Assembly (NCBI RefSeq): GCF_963921235.1
Contig: NC_086118.1
Location: forward strand, 25,174,001-25,238,000
Length of the DNA stretch: 64,000 nucleotides
Direction: 5' to 3'
DNA from: Mobula hypostoma
Lineage: Eukaryota
Shown: positions 1 through 11,841 of the stretch, in pieces
Position numbering within the stretch: position 1 is the first letter of the stretch
Layout: each line of letters begins with the position of its first letter
Program-made: the position numbers and the translations under genes
The notes under the pieces: model-generated
Database searches by the model: none
Seen by the model: the letters and a program-made list of their open reading frames with translations, nothing else
Told to the model about the DNA's origin: nothing

Positions 1-850
1 CTCCAACTGCAAGCTTTGTGGTCAGCGGGGTCACTGGTACACACAATGTAAGGATGCAAAACAGCTTTAACACAAGGACGGTATAGATGGCTGTATCATC
101 CTTGTGTTAAAGTTGTTTTACATGTGTCTTGCTGTCCCTTGCTGAAACACTGGAGTGGGAGCTGTGTAAAAAGAGACCAGCTGGCAGAGAGGCAAAAGAG
201 CAGTCATTTTCATCAAGGAGAAATTGGCCACACCAATCATATTAAAGAGGTCTTAATCTAATCTGCTGCAAATGGCCAGATCATGGGGGATGAGGGTCAA
301 TGTGGGGAGTTCCCTGATGTGGTGCAAAGCACACTTCGACTAGACATCGTATTGTGGTCCACCAAAGACAAGAAAATCATCCTGGTGGAGCTCACAGCAC
401 CGCGGGAGGAAGGATGTGAGGAGGCTCGTGAGAGGAAGACCTTGAAGTGCCAGTCCTTAGTCCAGGAGTGCACGGACAAAGGATGGCAGACGTGGCTATT
501 TCCCGTGGAGATCAGCCGTTGAGAGTTCCCAGCAAGGTTGGCAAGGAGGTCACTGTCTGCGCTGGACCTTGATGGAAAGAGCAAGAATCAAGCAGTTTGC
601 TGGATGGGGGAGGAAGGAGAAAGAGCCTCTTGCTGGATATGGAGCAGGAGAGAGGAGTTGAGCTGGAAGTCAGAAGCAGATGGGCAGTGACTTGGCCACC
701 ACTGCTGACCCGCCAACTGGAGAGTGTCGTGGATAAGGGTCAAAACATTCTATGAAGGTTAGGCACCACCTGACAACATCTGATCCTGGCCAAGGGCTAT
801 GGTTACCTCATTGGGTAACCATAGAGAGCACCCCGGTGTATGATGCAAGT
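1..850 (+). mobile_element. 3' fragment of a restriction-like endonuclease (REL) non-LTR retrotransposon, R2 superfamily/HERO-like; decayed
   Basis: Across frameshifts it translates to a CCHC knuckle (CKLCGQR..SLVHTM*GCKTALTQGRYRW), then the REL motif TLRLDIVLWSTKDKKIILVELTAP..E..ERK..K..L, WQTWLFPVE and the C-terminal ERASCWIWSRRE. Stops and frameshifts are present. Confidence 0.8.
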
Positions 851-1026
851 TATTATGTTTCAGTCTCCAGATTAGTCCCAATCTTTGTTTTACCAACAGT
901 AATATACCATTAAAACATTAAATAGAATCAGTTTCTACTATTTTTGTGGTTTGTTCAATATTGTTGCCTACTTGATAACGTCAGAAGAGGATAAATTCTT
1001 GGCATAGAGCCATAGACTTCTTCAAG

Positions 1027-1600
1027 GTCAAAGGTTCAAAGATTATCAAAGTATATATGCAGAATACAACTCTGAGATTCATCTTCTCTAGATAGCCATA
1101 AAATACAGAAAACTATGGAAGTCATTGAAAGAGAAGATATCAACACCCCCTTCCCACACAGAAAAGAAAAAGAAGCAATAGCTCCCAAACACAGACAAAG
1201 CCCACCCCCCACAACCTCTCCTTCTGATAAAAACTAATATAATGCCCACAAGGGGAATAAAAACAGTGACAATAATATCAAACTCCCAACCCCTCTCTTG
1301 CACACAAAAAACTAGGAGATCCCCACACAGAAAAGTACCAGCAAGAACATTAGAACCCAAATCTCCCTGACACAAAAAACTAACATATCGCCCTCAAGGA
1401 CGTCAAGCCCCCAATCCGCCAATCGGCAACAGGATAGAAAACACAGAAAACTGAAGGAGACCAATATAAACTACAGTCCACACCAATAATCACATAAATC
1501 ATAGAATTTCAAAAAATTCTTCCGCTGGCATCAAGAAGAGTGGCCACTTGAACCCAGTCCTTCCATGGAGAGCAATTGCCAATCCAGCCTCCAAATCATT
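1027..1600 (-). repeat. Interspersed non-coding repeat; 3' end resembles the elements at 24003 and 57173
   Basis: Begins caaaggttcaaagattatcaaagtatatatgcagaatacaactctgagattc, which matches 57175 caaaggttcatttattatcaaagggtacaactctgaaattc. Confidence 0.5.
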
Positions 1601-1759
1601 TGGCACTGCATTGAAAACAGAGGCCATTATAATGGAAGCTTAACTTTATAAAAATAAAGAATTGTCTTTAAACATTTTAAACAGCTAGTAATTCAGAATC
1701 TCATATTTTCCCAAACACACTAATAAATTATGAGCATACTGTATGTTCTGGAATAACAC

Positions 1760-2082
1760 AGTGGGACAGCTAATAGAGTTATAGCCTTACAAATCCAGCA
1801 ATGCTGGTTTACTCCTGACCTCCACTGTTGCCTGTGTGGAATTTGCACAGTCACTGTGATCATGTAGCTTTCCTCTGTGTGTTCCAGTTTTCACTCCTAT
1901 CCCAGAGAAGTGAGGGTTGGTAGGTTAATTTGCCTCAGTAAATTGCCCCAAGTGTGTACATTTGAGGTAAAATCTGAGATTTTTTCTTTGGGAGAATAAA
2001 ATAGAATTAATGTAAATGGGTGTTCGATGAACAGTGTGGAATTGGAGGGTTAGAAGACCTGTTTCAGAACTCCATTCCTATG
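1760..2082 (+). mobile_element. tRNA-derived V-SINE (HE1-like), decayed
   Basis: V-domain-like tgtgtggaatttgcac...ggttggtaggttaatt...taaattgcccc followed by a CR1-type tail. Similar to the copies at 21760 and 28380. Confidence 0.65.
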
Positions 2083-2720
2083 TGAAAAATTAGGACCAAA
2101 ATCATAGCACCTTGCAAGAAGCATTTCTCGATACTGTAAGCAATACAATTTATTTTCAGTTTCTTTTTTACATGTATTTTCTTTCCTTTCTTAAAACACT
2201 CCCTCCCAAACACACTCCATTCTTCTCAGAGAATAAAAAGGTACCACTGCTTCCAAACTTAAAACAGCCTTGACATGTGAGGTGAAAGGTTGACTTATCC
2301 TGTGTAAAGTTACTACCAGATTATTGGAAGATGCTTCAGTATTTCCTGAAGTCAGTAATTCAATCAGAGGTCTACTTCTGAGCACACAGTTCACTCTTCA
2401 ATACCAAACTATCTGGCCTCAAGTTTTGTATGGAGAGAATGTAAAGGTGATGTGACTGTGGAACCAATTAAACTTTACTTCTATTTAGCTTAGAAGCTGA
2501 GGCAAATTCTAATATCTCCATTGTGATTACCTGGAATATAACCAAAGATTGTTAGCTGAACATGATGATCGTCTTCAATGGACCAATATGTCATCTGATG
2601 GTGCATTTAGATGAAGAAATGGAGGATTGCCTAACTTTGAATAATTGTTGTCATGTGCTAGTTATTTTTTGAAAATTCTTCTACTGAAATTCAACTTGGT
2701 CAATTCATTTTCATTTATAG

Positions 2721-2812
2721 GTCCATGACTGAATTGATGACAACAGTTTCCATACAAATTGTGGGGATTATTGAACCAATAATTCAACATGCTGATTGGT
2801 TCTTCCCAGGAG
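2721..2812 (+). CDS. ARHGAP44: ARHGAP44/RICH2 exon, end of the RhoGAP domain (SMTELMTTVSIQIVGIIEPIIQHADWFFPG)
   Basis: Acceptor tttcatttatag|, donor |gtaaag. The peptide matches the recalled ARHGAP44 sequence TEMMTTVSLQIVGIIEPIIQHADWFFPG. Phase 2/1. Confidence 0.95.
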
Positions 2813-3171
2813 GTAAAGGCTGAACTATATTGTGTTTTTCAATGTATTGGGATAAAGTCTCCCTCAGATGGTTATTGGGCAACCAGCTCGTGAAAAGTGC
2901 CAATGGCACCAGTCAGTGAACCATCTTACTTTGAGAGCTTGGCCACATGAAATATTGCTGCTGTTTTTTTTAGGTTGAAAACAAGTCGTCTAAGGCAGCC
3001 TGGCAGATATGAGCTGTTTTGATACCAGGCAATTTGGTCTGACTCCAGACCTAGAAAAACAAAGGTTTGGTGAGAGCATGTTCACAACTGTGAGAAGGAT
3101 ATAATAGCTTTGCACCTCTGTTCAGCCCCACAAAAAGTGTCCCATTTGACTAGTAGATTAAACCATATTTG

Positions 3172-3517
3172 TACCCAGGGCATGCCCTTTTCTCACTGTT
3201 ACCATCGGGTAGGAAGTACAGAAGCCTGAAGGCACACACACAACAATTCAGGAACAGCTTCTTCCCCTCTGCCATCCGATTCCTAAATGGACATTGAATC
3301 TTTGGACATGACCACACTTCTTTAATATGCAGTATTTCTGTTTTTGCATGTTTTTAAAAAATTTATTCAATATACGTAACTGTGTATTTATTATATTATT
3401 ATTTTGATTTTATTTATAATTTTTTTCTCTGCTAGATTATGTACGGCATTGAACTGCTGCTGCTAAGTTAACAAATTTCACATCGCATGCCGGTGATAAT
3501 AAACCTGATTCTGATTG
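3172..3517 (+). mobile_element. Rex1/Babar LINE 3' end
   Basis: HALFSLLPSGRKYRSLKAHTQQFRNSFFPSAIRFLNG, followed by a 3' UTR and an aataaacctgattctgatt tail. Confidence 0.8.
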
Positions 3518-4629
3518 AGGTGTCTTGTCAACCTGCCTCCTTCAATTAAAACTGACCTAACACCTGATTCATTTGGTTCCTCCAACTGCCATGGATGGAT
3601 ATCATTAAGCACACTACCCATGACAATGTCTGTATGTGCACCTCGTTGTTTCTGAGGCACTGGTGTCTCTATTTTCACCCAGGAGATCTACCCCACTGTT
3701 ACTCAGTAAGCAAAAAATTTGCCTCAAAAATATAGTGGGAGAGCACTCTGTTCTTGTACTTCTGGGGCCCAAATTCAAAAGCCGTGTAATTAAAGTGATG
3801 AAAACCTGTTCACACTCTGCTGGAAGGGAAACAATACCTCATGGAAAGAGAAATTTTCATTTTGATAACAATTCATAAATGATGCCTATTTAGCACTGAC
3901 TGAAAGTCTTAGCCACAAGTAGTGATTTCCTACTGGTATTAAAGTCGAAGGTTTCAGGTTAAAAGACAATAGCCTTGGAATTCTGCTATGCAGAGACTCG
4001 TGTTCATATTCATGAACACTGGTCCATTTGGTATTAGTGAACATTAGTCCACTAACATGCACCAAGGCGTATCATTTACAAAGATAAGCTTTGGTGCATG
4101 CTAATGGACTACCATTCACAGTGTGCTTCAAGAAGATTCCAGTCTTTTACTGAGAACATATTTTTACTCCATTAACATTTTGCATAATTCTCCAAATGGT
4201 AACTTGTTACCTCTCAGTGCAGCAGATATTTCTAATTCCATTTATTCACTCTGTTCCCAGATCACTTCCTTTTACCTTCAGTTGTTCATCTGTCGTGTAC
4301 CCTTTTGCTAGGTCTTATAACAAAGAACCAAGGAAAAACACAGAGTGGATCTGTTCAAAAGCATGTTTATTACTTGCAAGGAGAAGACCTCCACTCTTCA
4401 ATGGGTGGCAGGTGACTTCTAATTTACAGCTTACAAAATTTATTTTTATACAGGTTTTCAGGCTATTCTTTAGCTGTTATCTGTTCTAGAAGTTAGTTGC
4501 TCCACTTAGCAACTGCTGTACTCAAAGCCACACAGTATATCAACCTTGCATTAGTTACACAATGAACAATGATCTGTACATCACAATGCCCCCTGTCACG
4601 TACACACTTAACTTATAGCCAAACAAATT

Positions 4630-5355
4630 CTTGGCTAGGCTGCCTTGTATTTCATCTTTTCTCCCCGTATTGCCTTTTTAGTTATCCTGTCTTGCTCTTT
4701 AAAAGTTTCCCAGTCCTCTGGCTTCCTGCTCATCTTTGCTATGTTATACTTCTTCTCTTTTATTTTCATACTATCCTTGTCTTCCCTTGTCAGCCATGGT
4801 CGCCCCTTACTCCCCTTAGAATCTTTCTTCCTCTTTGGAATGAACTGATCCTGCACCTTCTGTATTATTCCCAGAAATACCTGCCATTGTTGTTCCACTG
4901 CCATCCCTGCTAGGGTATCTTTCCAGTCAACTTTGGCCAGCTCCTCCCTCATGCCTCCATAGTCCCCTTTGTTCAACTGCAATACTGACACTTCCGATTT
5001 TCCCTTCTCCCTCTCAAATTGTAGTTTAAAACTTATCATATTATGGTCACTACCTCCTAATGGTTGCTTTACCTCGAGGTCCCTTATCAAATTTGGTTCA
5101 TTACAGAACACTAAATCCAGAATTGCCTTCTCCCTGGTAGGTTCCAGTACAAGCTGCTCTAAGAATCCATCTCGGAGGCACTCCACAAACTCCCTTTCTT
5201 GGGGTCCAGTACCAACCTGATTCCTGCAGTCTACCCACATGTTGAAATCCCCCATAACAACCGTAGCATTACCTTTGCGACATGCCAATTTTAACTCTTG
5301 ATTCAACTTGCACCCTATATCCAGGCTACTGCTTGGGGGCCTGTAGACAACTCAT
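4630..5355 (-). mobile_element. CR1 LINE fragment, AP-endonuclease C-terminal region of ORF2
   Basis: ORF 4635-5306 contains VVMGDFN, PTREKAILDLVF, GSDHNMI and RPWLT. Confidence 0.9.
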
Positions 5356-6039
5356 AGCACATTTTTCCTGAATATAAGGACAACAAAAATATATTAATTA
5401 AATATCTCAAATTGAATATGGTACAGTTGCCTTTTAAAAATTAATATACTGCATATCACAATATAAGAAGCTATGGTGAATTCATTACTGCAAAACAAGA
5501 TAGAAGTATGAGTATCAACCATCCATACACCTTACACATCACATCATGCAATAATTTCAGAATCAAAATATATTATATCTTTCTATAACATTATTTTTCT
5601 TTAACTAGAAACAAAGTAAACTATTGTGCCAAAATTGAAAGTGCAGGGCTGTATTAAAGCCAAAGTCAGTTAAGGGATTTGAGAGCATAGTGGTTACATT
5701 TCCAGAATATGATATTAAAAATTGCAGCAAATGTGAGCTGAAATCCTACCTCAGCTATTTTAGATCTTAAAATCTTTGTCGCGTAAGGACACCATTGGCC
5801 TGAGTACACACTGGCTTTTTGTAGAATAACCCAACCTTATCACTCCCCTGCTGCCCTGCCTTTAATTTTCTCTGGTGCCAACCTAAATCCCTTTTGAAGG
5901 ACCCAAAACTTCATTTCCACTATCCTTGCTGTTAGTAAGCTCTAAAGGTAACAGTCTGTTTCAAAAATAAACCCCTTTACTTCCACTCCCCCTTCCCCAT
6001 CTTTTGCTCATTGTCTATAATCCACATCTCTGTATCTTG

Positions 6040-6330
6040 AGCCTTTTGCTCATGGGAACACTTTCCCGTTTGTTCTCCCATTTAAACTCGTCACCATCTT
6101 TCGAACTTCCATGACATCTTCTCCATCTCTGAACCTTCATTGCTCCAGGAACACCCCCAACTTATCCAGTCTAACCTCATCCATGAAAATATTCCTTTCT
6201 GGATCTTCTCTGAGACCTTCACATCCTTCCTAAATAGTGGTGAAAAGAACTGGACCAGAGCTTCCAGCTGAGACCAGAATCTGGTACAGGTTTGATCCGA
6301 CTTCTCTGTTTTTTTTAACTCTACCATAAC
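6040..6330 (-). mobile_element. Decayed CR1 3' fragment
   Basis: The minus strand reads LVQFFSPLFRKDVKVSEKIQK, resembling the CR1 ORF2 C-terminus (VQFWSP..RKD...E.VQ). Confidence 0.55.
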
Positions 6331-6337
6331 ATACCTG

Positions 6338-6477
6338 CTAGTCCTGACGAAGGGTCTCGGCCCGAAACGTCGACTGTACCTCTTCCAATAGATGCTGCCT
6401 GGCCTGCTGCGTTCACCAGCAACTTTGATGTGTGTTGCTTGAATTTCCAGCATCTGCAGATTTCCTCGTGTTTTCGT
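6338..6477 (+). mobile_element. Solo Penelope-like terminal-repeat insert (140 bp) with 9-bp TSD
   Basis: Near-identical to 52392-52524, the terminus of the GIY-YIG element. Flanked by acatacctg at 6329-6337 and 6478-6486. Confidence 0.85.
6339..6376 (+). ncRNA. Minimal type I hammerhead ribozyme motif (Penelope-associated)
   Basis: tagtc-CTGACGA-a-gggt(ctcg)gccc-GAAA-c-GTC^-gactg. Stem I is agtc/gact, stem II is GGGU/GCCC, and stem III is reduced to the palindrome ACGU. Predicted cleavage after 6371. Confidence 0.75.
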
Positions 6478-6919
6478 ACATACCTGGTGTTATTGGTTGT
6501 TCGTTATGTGCCACGTCAAATGACATAGACGAATTGTTCTCGGCAAATTTTCTGCAGAAGTATTTTGCCATGCCTACTTCTGGGATCTTGTCTTATCAAC
6601 CATTTTTTGAAATGTATCTGGAAATAATAAGTTAACAGTGACCATAAAGCATAAGGGCAAAAGAAATCTAGTTATTTCAATAATATTTCTATCCAGTTTT
6701 GACTTTTTGGCTGGTAGATCAATTCAAAAGCCCATGAGGTTACTCAAACATATCAAATTAGTATCAGACTAGTGTAGTTCAAGTATCAGGGAGCCATTTT
6801 AAGGAATAGGTTCGCAGTTATTATCTATTACAAGCTTGCAGATTTCAGCAGCTGTCTTGACTACTCAACCTCTCACTGGGCATACACCTTCCAGATCAGT
6901 ACTTACAATATTCTTTAAC

Positions 6920-7560
6920 TCTTTATGCCACAATAGCTGGCAGGGTTCTCACTATGTCTGTTCCATTTTCCACAGTTCTGTTCTCATCCCCTCTCTGTCC
7001 ACTCAAAGCCAAGATAGGGTTGTCCTTGCCCTGACTTTCCACTCACAAGTCTCCACATTCAATGGATCATCCTCAAAATCTTCACGACTTTCAGTACGAT
7101 GCCACCACCAACACATCATTCGCACCCCATTCAGTGTTCAGAAAGAACTCTTCCCTCTGCAAATCCCTGAAAATCTGAAATAAAAAGAAAACATGCAGGT
7201 AAAACCTACATTTTTTTTTCAGATTTCTAGCATTATATTATTTCTCCTGTATCTTCTCCTTCATTTATCTCTTTCTATTTCTGTCTTCTCTGGTTTGATC
7301 AACTGCAATTAATAATCCTATATCGCCCTCCCAACTTGCACCACCACCACCTGTGTCAGTCAGTCTTTCCTACCATTCATCCTATGATGAACATTCTTTC
7401 TGATTTTTCCATTCATCACCCTTCTCTGCAACTGAAGCCTTTTTGTTTTCTAATTTTTGCTAGTTATGAAGAATTGCCAGCTGAAAATTTGTCACTGAGT
7501 TCCTCTCCATAGGCATTGACTATCTCCAGCATTTGCTGTCTTTACTTTTGATTTTCAGTA
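6920..7560 (+). mobile_element. Old, decayed Penelope-like fragment
   Basis: QDRVVLALTFHS resembles RNRVPLVLTYHS of the element at 51471. Ends in a degenerate version of the same terminal repeat. Confidence 0.5.
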
Positions 7561-7654
7561 CAGTATCTGCATTTTGCTTTCCTAACAGTACGAGATTTTG
7601 AAATAGAGGAAGCACTGAATCCTGTAGTTTAACAGGAGCCCTAATTTTATAATA

Positions 7655-7938
7655 GGAGCCAAGTGGTTAATGCGTTCGTCTAGTGATCTGAAGGTCGCTA
7701 GTTCGAGCCTCAGCTGAGGCAGCGTGTTGTGTCCTTGAGCAAGGCACTTAACCACACAGTGCTCTGCGATGACACCAGTGCCAAGCTGTATGGGTCCTAG
7801 TGCCTTTCCCTTGGACAACATCGGTGGCCTGGAGAGGGGAGACTTGCAGCATGGGCAACTGCCGGTCTTCCATATAACCTTGCTCAGGCCTCAGTCAACA
7901 TCGAAAATCGATGGACAGCCAAAGAAGAAGAAGAAGAA
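7655..7938 (+). mobile_element. tRNA-derived SINE with CORE-like box and (AAG)n tail
   Basis: A-box-like ggagccaagtggttaa, B-box gttcgagcc, central gtgtccttgagcaaggcacttaacc and an aagaagaagaag tail. Second copy at 56348. Confidence 0.8.
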
Positions 7939-8075
7939 TTTTAATAGACTGATGACATCAGTAAAGTCAGAGATATTAAAATTGAGCAATAACAAAAGAA
8001 TGAGTGAAGGAATAAATTTGGGTACATTTGAGCCTGGTGGTTACATACAATGTACAATATTTCTTTCAAAAACAG

Positions 8076-8256
8076 ATATTGAGTTTAATGTCACTGGAAG
8101 CTATGGGAGCCCATTACACACCAATCATAATGCAAACTACAACTCCATGCCTTCGCCAGACATTGATCACTCGGACCGCAAGCAACACGATCAAGCAAGG
8201 CGACCTCTCAGCGTTGCTACTGACAACATGATGCTGGAATTTTATAAAAAAGATGG
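8076..8256 (+). CDS. ARHGAP44: ARHGAP44 exon (DIEFNVTGSYGSPLHTNHNANYNSMPSPD...RRPLSVATDNMMLEFYKKDG)
   Basis: Acceptor aacag|, donor |gtatgt, phase 1/2. Closely matches the recalled RICH2 sequence. Confidence 0.95.
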
Positions 8257-8682
8257 GTATGTATGGGCTATTGCCCTATTTTCTCTTTTTTCCTATCTAA
8301 AAAGTAGCATTTTTGCACATAAAGCAAAATTGCTTACGAGCTGGAGTGAAACGATATACATGGGAACAATAAGAATATGTACATTTAAAAAAATTGAGTA
8401 ATTTTCTATACTCTTATATTTCAGGTTTAGTAAGCTTTAAGTATCTCATGTATGGAAAGTGGATCAAAGTGATGCAAATAAGACTGTTTTATTTTTGGTT
8501 TCAGCATAGCACTTGGCAACATCCTTTTTGATATGTGCATGATATCTTTCAGTTTCCTGCTTGAATGGTGCTTGATACAGTATGTCATGGCAACCTGTGC
8601 TAAAAGTATCAGTTTCATAATGTTGTTACTGGAGCAACAGTTTTCCTGTACCAGGCATTTCCAAAGCCATAAATGGCCATCG

Positions 8683-8684
<2 letters not shown>

Positions 8685-8722
<38 letters not shown>
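8685..8722. repeat. (GT)n microsatellite
   Basis: Perfect GT run. Confidence 0.98.
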
Positions 8723-8727
<5 letters not shown>

Positions 8728-9439
8728 GAAGATCTGAAATATCTACATGAATATTGTGACTACAAGATACTTGGAGACCGTACAAGTAAAATTTCTTTAA
8801 CCCTTTTTGTTGTGAGGGGGGTTTCTGTTCCTCTCTTTGTCAATCATGAGTCTACGAGTCAACGAGTAAATGTTCCACCACCGACAAGTTCCTCCCCTGC
8901 TTGGTTATATAGAACTAACCTCCAATCCCCACTGGCAATGTTGGATGCTGTATACCTACAATGAATAAAGACTACACTTTAGGATTCTCTGTTTGTAAAT
9001 CCCTCATTGTTATTCATTAGTCCATGGCTTTCTTTGATATGTTAGCTGTAGTTTAGAGCATTTGTAAGGATGTAACATTCCACCGGATGTCATGTATACG
9101 TTTTTGTATATTTATAGGACTTAGTAATATTAATGGAAAAGTGAGATACTGCATACGCTGGAAAATGTTGTATTAATTACCATTCTAAAATTTTTTAAAT
9201 GTGCATTATACGAAAGGTAAATGTTTAGTATGAGAGTGAGAAAATCTGGCAGCAAATGGAACTGAACAAGCTGATACTAAATGTCTTGACCTGGAGCATC
9301 ACCTGCCATTTCCCTCCAGATATGCTGCCTGGCCTGCTGAGTTCCTCCAGCATGTTCAGAGTGGCAAACATAATGGGTGAGTAGCAGAACATGTAAATTG
9401 CCCAGTATTTCAAAGTAAAACTTAAATGTCCCTTTCTAC

Positions 9440-9805
9440 ATAGGAATATAGAAACATAGAAAACCTACAGCACAATACAGGCCCTTCGGCCCACAATGCT
9501 GTGCTGAACATGTACTAACTTTAGAAATTACCTAGGGTTACCCGTAGCCCTCTGTTTTTCTAAGCTCCATGTACTTATCCAGGAGTCTCTTAAAAGACCC
9601 TATTGTATCCGACTCCACCACTGTCGCTGGCAGTCCATTCCATGCACTCACCACTCTCTGCATAAAAAAACTTACCCCTGACATCTCCTCTGTACCTACT
9701 TCCAAGCACCTTAAAACTGTGTCCTCTCATGTTAGCCATTTCAACCTGGGGGAAAAGCCTCTGACTATCCACATGATCAATGCCTCTCATCATCTTGTAC
9801 ACCTG
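9440..9805 (-). mobile_element. CR1 LINE 3' end
   Basis: YKMMRGIDHVDSQRLFP..RGHSFKV; atagaaac tail repeats at the left end. Confidence 0.85.
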
Positions 9806-10669
9806 TGTTACTTCTGTCTATTTTGGTTCACTCGAGATCAGCTCATTATTGATTAGTGTAAATTAATAACTATGAATGGTGTTTTATTGCTGGTGGTAGA
9901 CTGCAGCAATGTCTTTGCCTGTAATCTGTGTCCATGACAATCATTAAGAATGGACACCTGATGGTTCTATGGATTTAACAAGTGACTCACAGAGCCAGAA
10001 GGGTACCAGGTTCTTGAGGGGAGCACTACAACTGATCCCAGAACCCCAGAGTGCGAGACAGGGGAAATGGCCAGCATTCCCACCCTTAATCAAATTGCAC
10101 AGACCTCGACTGGAAGTACGTGTGTTTGGTATGGATTTGATTGGACTTGGTTGTGATGGCTGTCTTATTCGAATAGCCTGCTAAGGGCCTTCTATAAGAA
10201 ATTGGCTCTTGGGTCAGGTAATCATGAATGTCCAGTTCCAATGGAATCATAATTCCCAAGAGAACAGTGCTTTCTGCAGAGAAAGGTTGAGGAAAATTAT
10301 TAAACAGAGAATGAAGCACTTGTACTATGTGCTTACTTTCTTACCTTGTAATGTAACAAATTTGTAAGTATAGCTGTACTGTTTTGGTATTATGTAACTC
10401 ACACTGCACATGCCTGCTGTGTATTAATGTGAGTAGTTTTGTGTGCCTTGCCCAGGCTTTTCATTCCAGCTTCTATTCCGTTTTCTTTTTTACTTTTTTC
10501 TTTCTTTTCTCTTTTGACCCCAATGAAATGCTGCGCTTGTGTTGCCTCCTCATTCTTGCTGTCCTTCATTTTCAACTTGTTTTCGTTCCTGTTAACTGAA
10601 TACTTTTAGCTGTAAGTTCATGTCAGTTGAGTACTCTTGCCCAGACTACACATTTTACCATTTTAACAG

Positions 10670-10720
10670 CCCAAATTACATGAGATCACGTTCTGCATCT
10701 TGTCCAACATGGCTGCTGCG
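10670..10720 (+). CDS. ARHGAP44: Candidate 51-nt frame-preserving cassette exon of ARHGAP44 ((G)PNYMRSRSASCPTWLL(R))
   Basis: Acceptor ttttaccattttaacag|, strong donor |gtaagc. Phase 2/2 matches the flanking exons, there is no stop, and the surrounding intron is TE-free. Confidence 0.6.
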
Positions 10721-11823
10721 GTAAGCAATTTTTTTTTTGAATTTACACCAAAATACAGCACATTAAAATTAACAGCATAAAAATACTTGCAGTATTTTGT
10801 AAATCTTTTCATTCCAGTTAAAAGTATACCAGAATTTATGCTTTATGGTCCACACTTTGCCTTGTAACACTTTAACCTACCACAGAGTTTGTCATTCTTG
10901 CTTATTTACATGTCTCCATTGGAGGATACTGTAAGGCTTACAAAATTTATGTTCACTCCAGTTTACAATTTTTCACCATTATATCTTTCTGGATTCTTTT
11001 TTGTCTACAAATCTTTTAGTTCCCATAAAAACACTAAGGCAGTGAAAATTTTAGCCGAACAAACCTCTTGCAGCAAGATTGCGGCTTTTAATTGTCCGTT
11101 CTCGGCTCCTAAATGCTAGTATTTAGTGAATAATCCAGGCTGACTGTTCAGTGCAGATCTGAGAGAGATTGCATTTTTGGAGATATCAGCTATTAAATGG
11201 GATGCCCTATCCGCTTGAATTCATAGTACCACTGGAAGAGCTCAAAATTCTCCCAATATTCAGGCAATGCTACCTCTTCAACCAGGAGCAGCAGTGGATT
11301 CATTCCAGTCATAGAATTGTGGGTACAAACACACCACATGACATAGCAACGTTTAACGCATTTCTAAAGTAATTCAGTGAGTTTTCCTGAGGACCCAGAG
11401 GTAATATTGATATTTAGTTTTAGCATCTAATGATTCTGTTGACAACTCCACTCCATTCTGAATAGTCATCACCTAGTCACATTAGACCAATAATTGCCAG
11501 CCCATGGTATCTTCAATCTGAACTTCTGCCTACTCCAGCATAACACTTCTGTGCTTGTGAACTTCCACCTGAAATGCTAACATAGAGTTTAACCGATCAG
11601 TTTTCCTGGTGTCAGGAACCAATAACAAAAGGGCCATTAACTGGTTAAAATGTTACAGGCACTACAGTGTGAACTCTTAAATGTTCCTGCTAAATTATTA
11701 CTTCTTGTCAAACGCACTGTTTTACTTAACAGGATTCTGCAACCTTCACAATAACTACTCTTTGATTCATTTAACCCTTTATGTTATGTTCTAAATAGTA
11801 CTGTTTTGTTTCTGCTAATGCAG

Positions 11824-11841
11824 CCTTAGGAAAATACAAAG
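11824..11841 (+). CDS. ARHGAP44: 18-nt ARHGAP44 microexon (G-LRKIQ-S)
   Basis: tctgctaatgcag|CCTTAGGAAAATACAAAG|gtactg. It supplies exactly the LRKIQS that lies between KKDG and MGVRVMDT in recalled mammalian RICH2. Confidence 0.92.

Noticed and set aside
7655..7720. tRNA gene (also at 56350 and 21765)
   Set aside because: The A/B boxes are SINE heads continuing into SINE bodies; there is no complete cloverleaf.
7769..8401. 210-aa ORF with a KKKKK stretch resembling an NLS
   Set aside because: It runs through a SINE (AAG)n tail and intron into the real exon 8076-8256.
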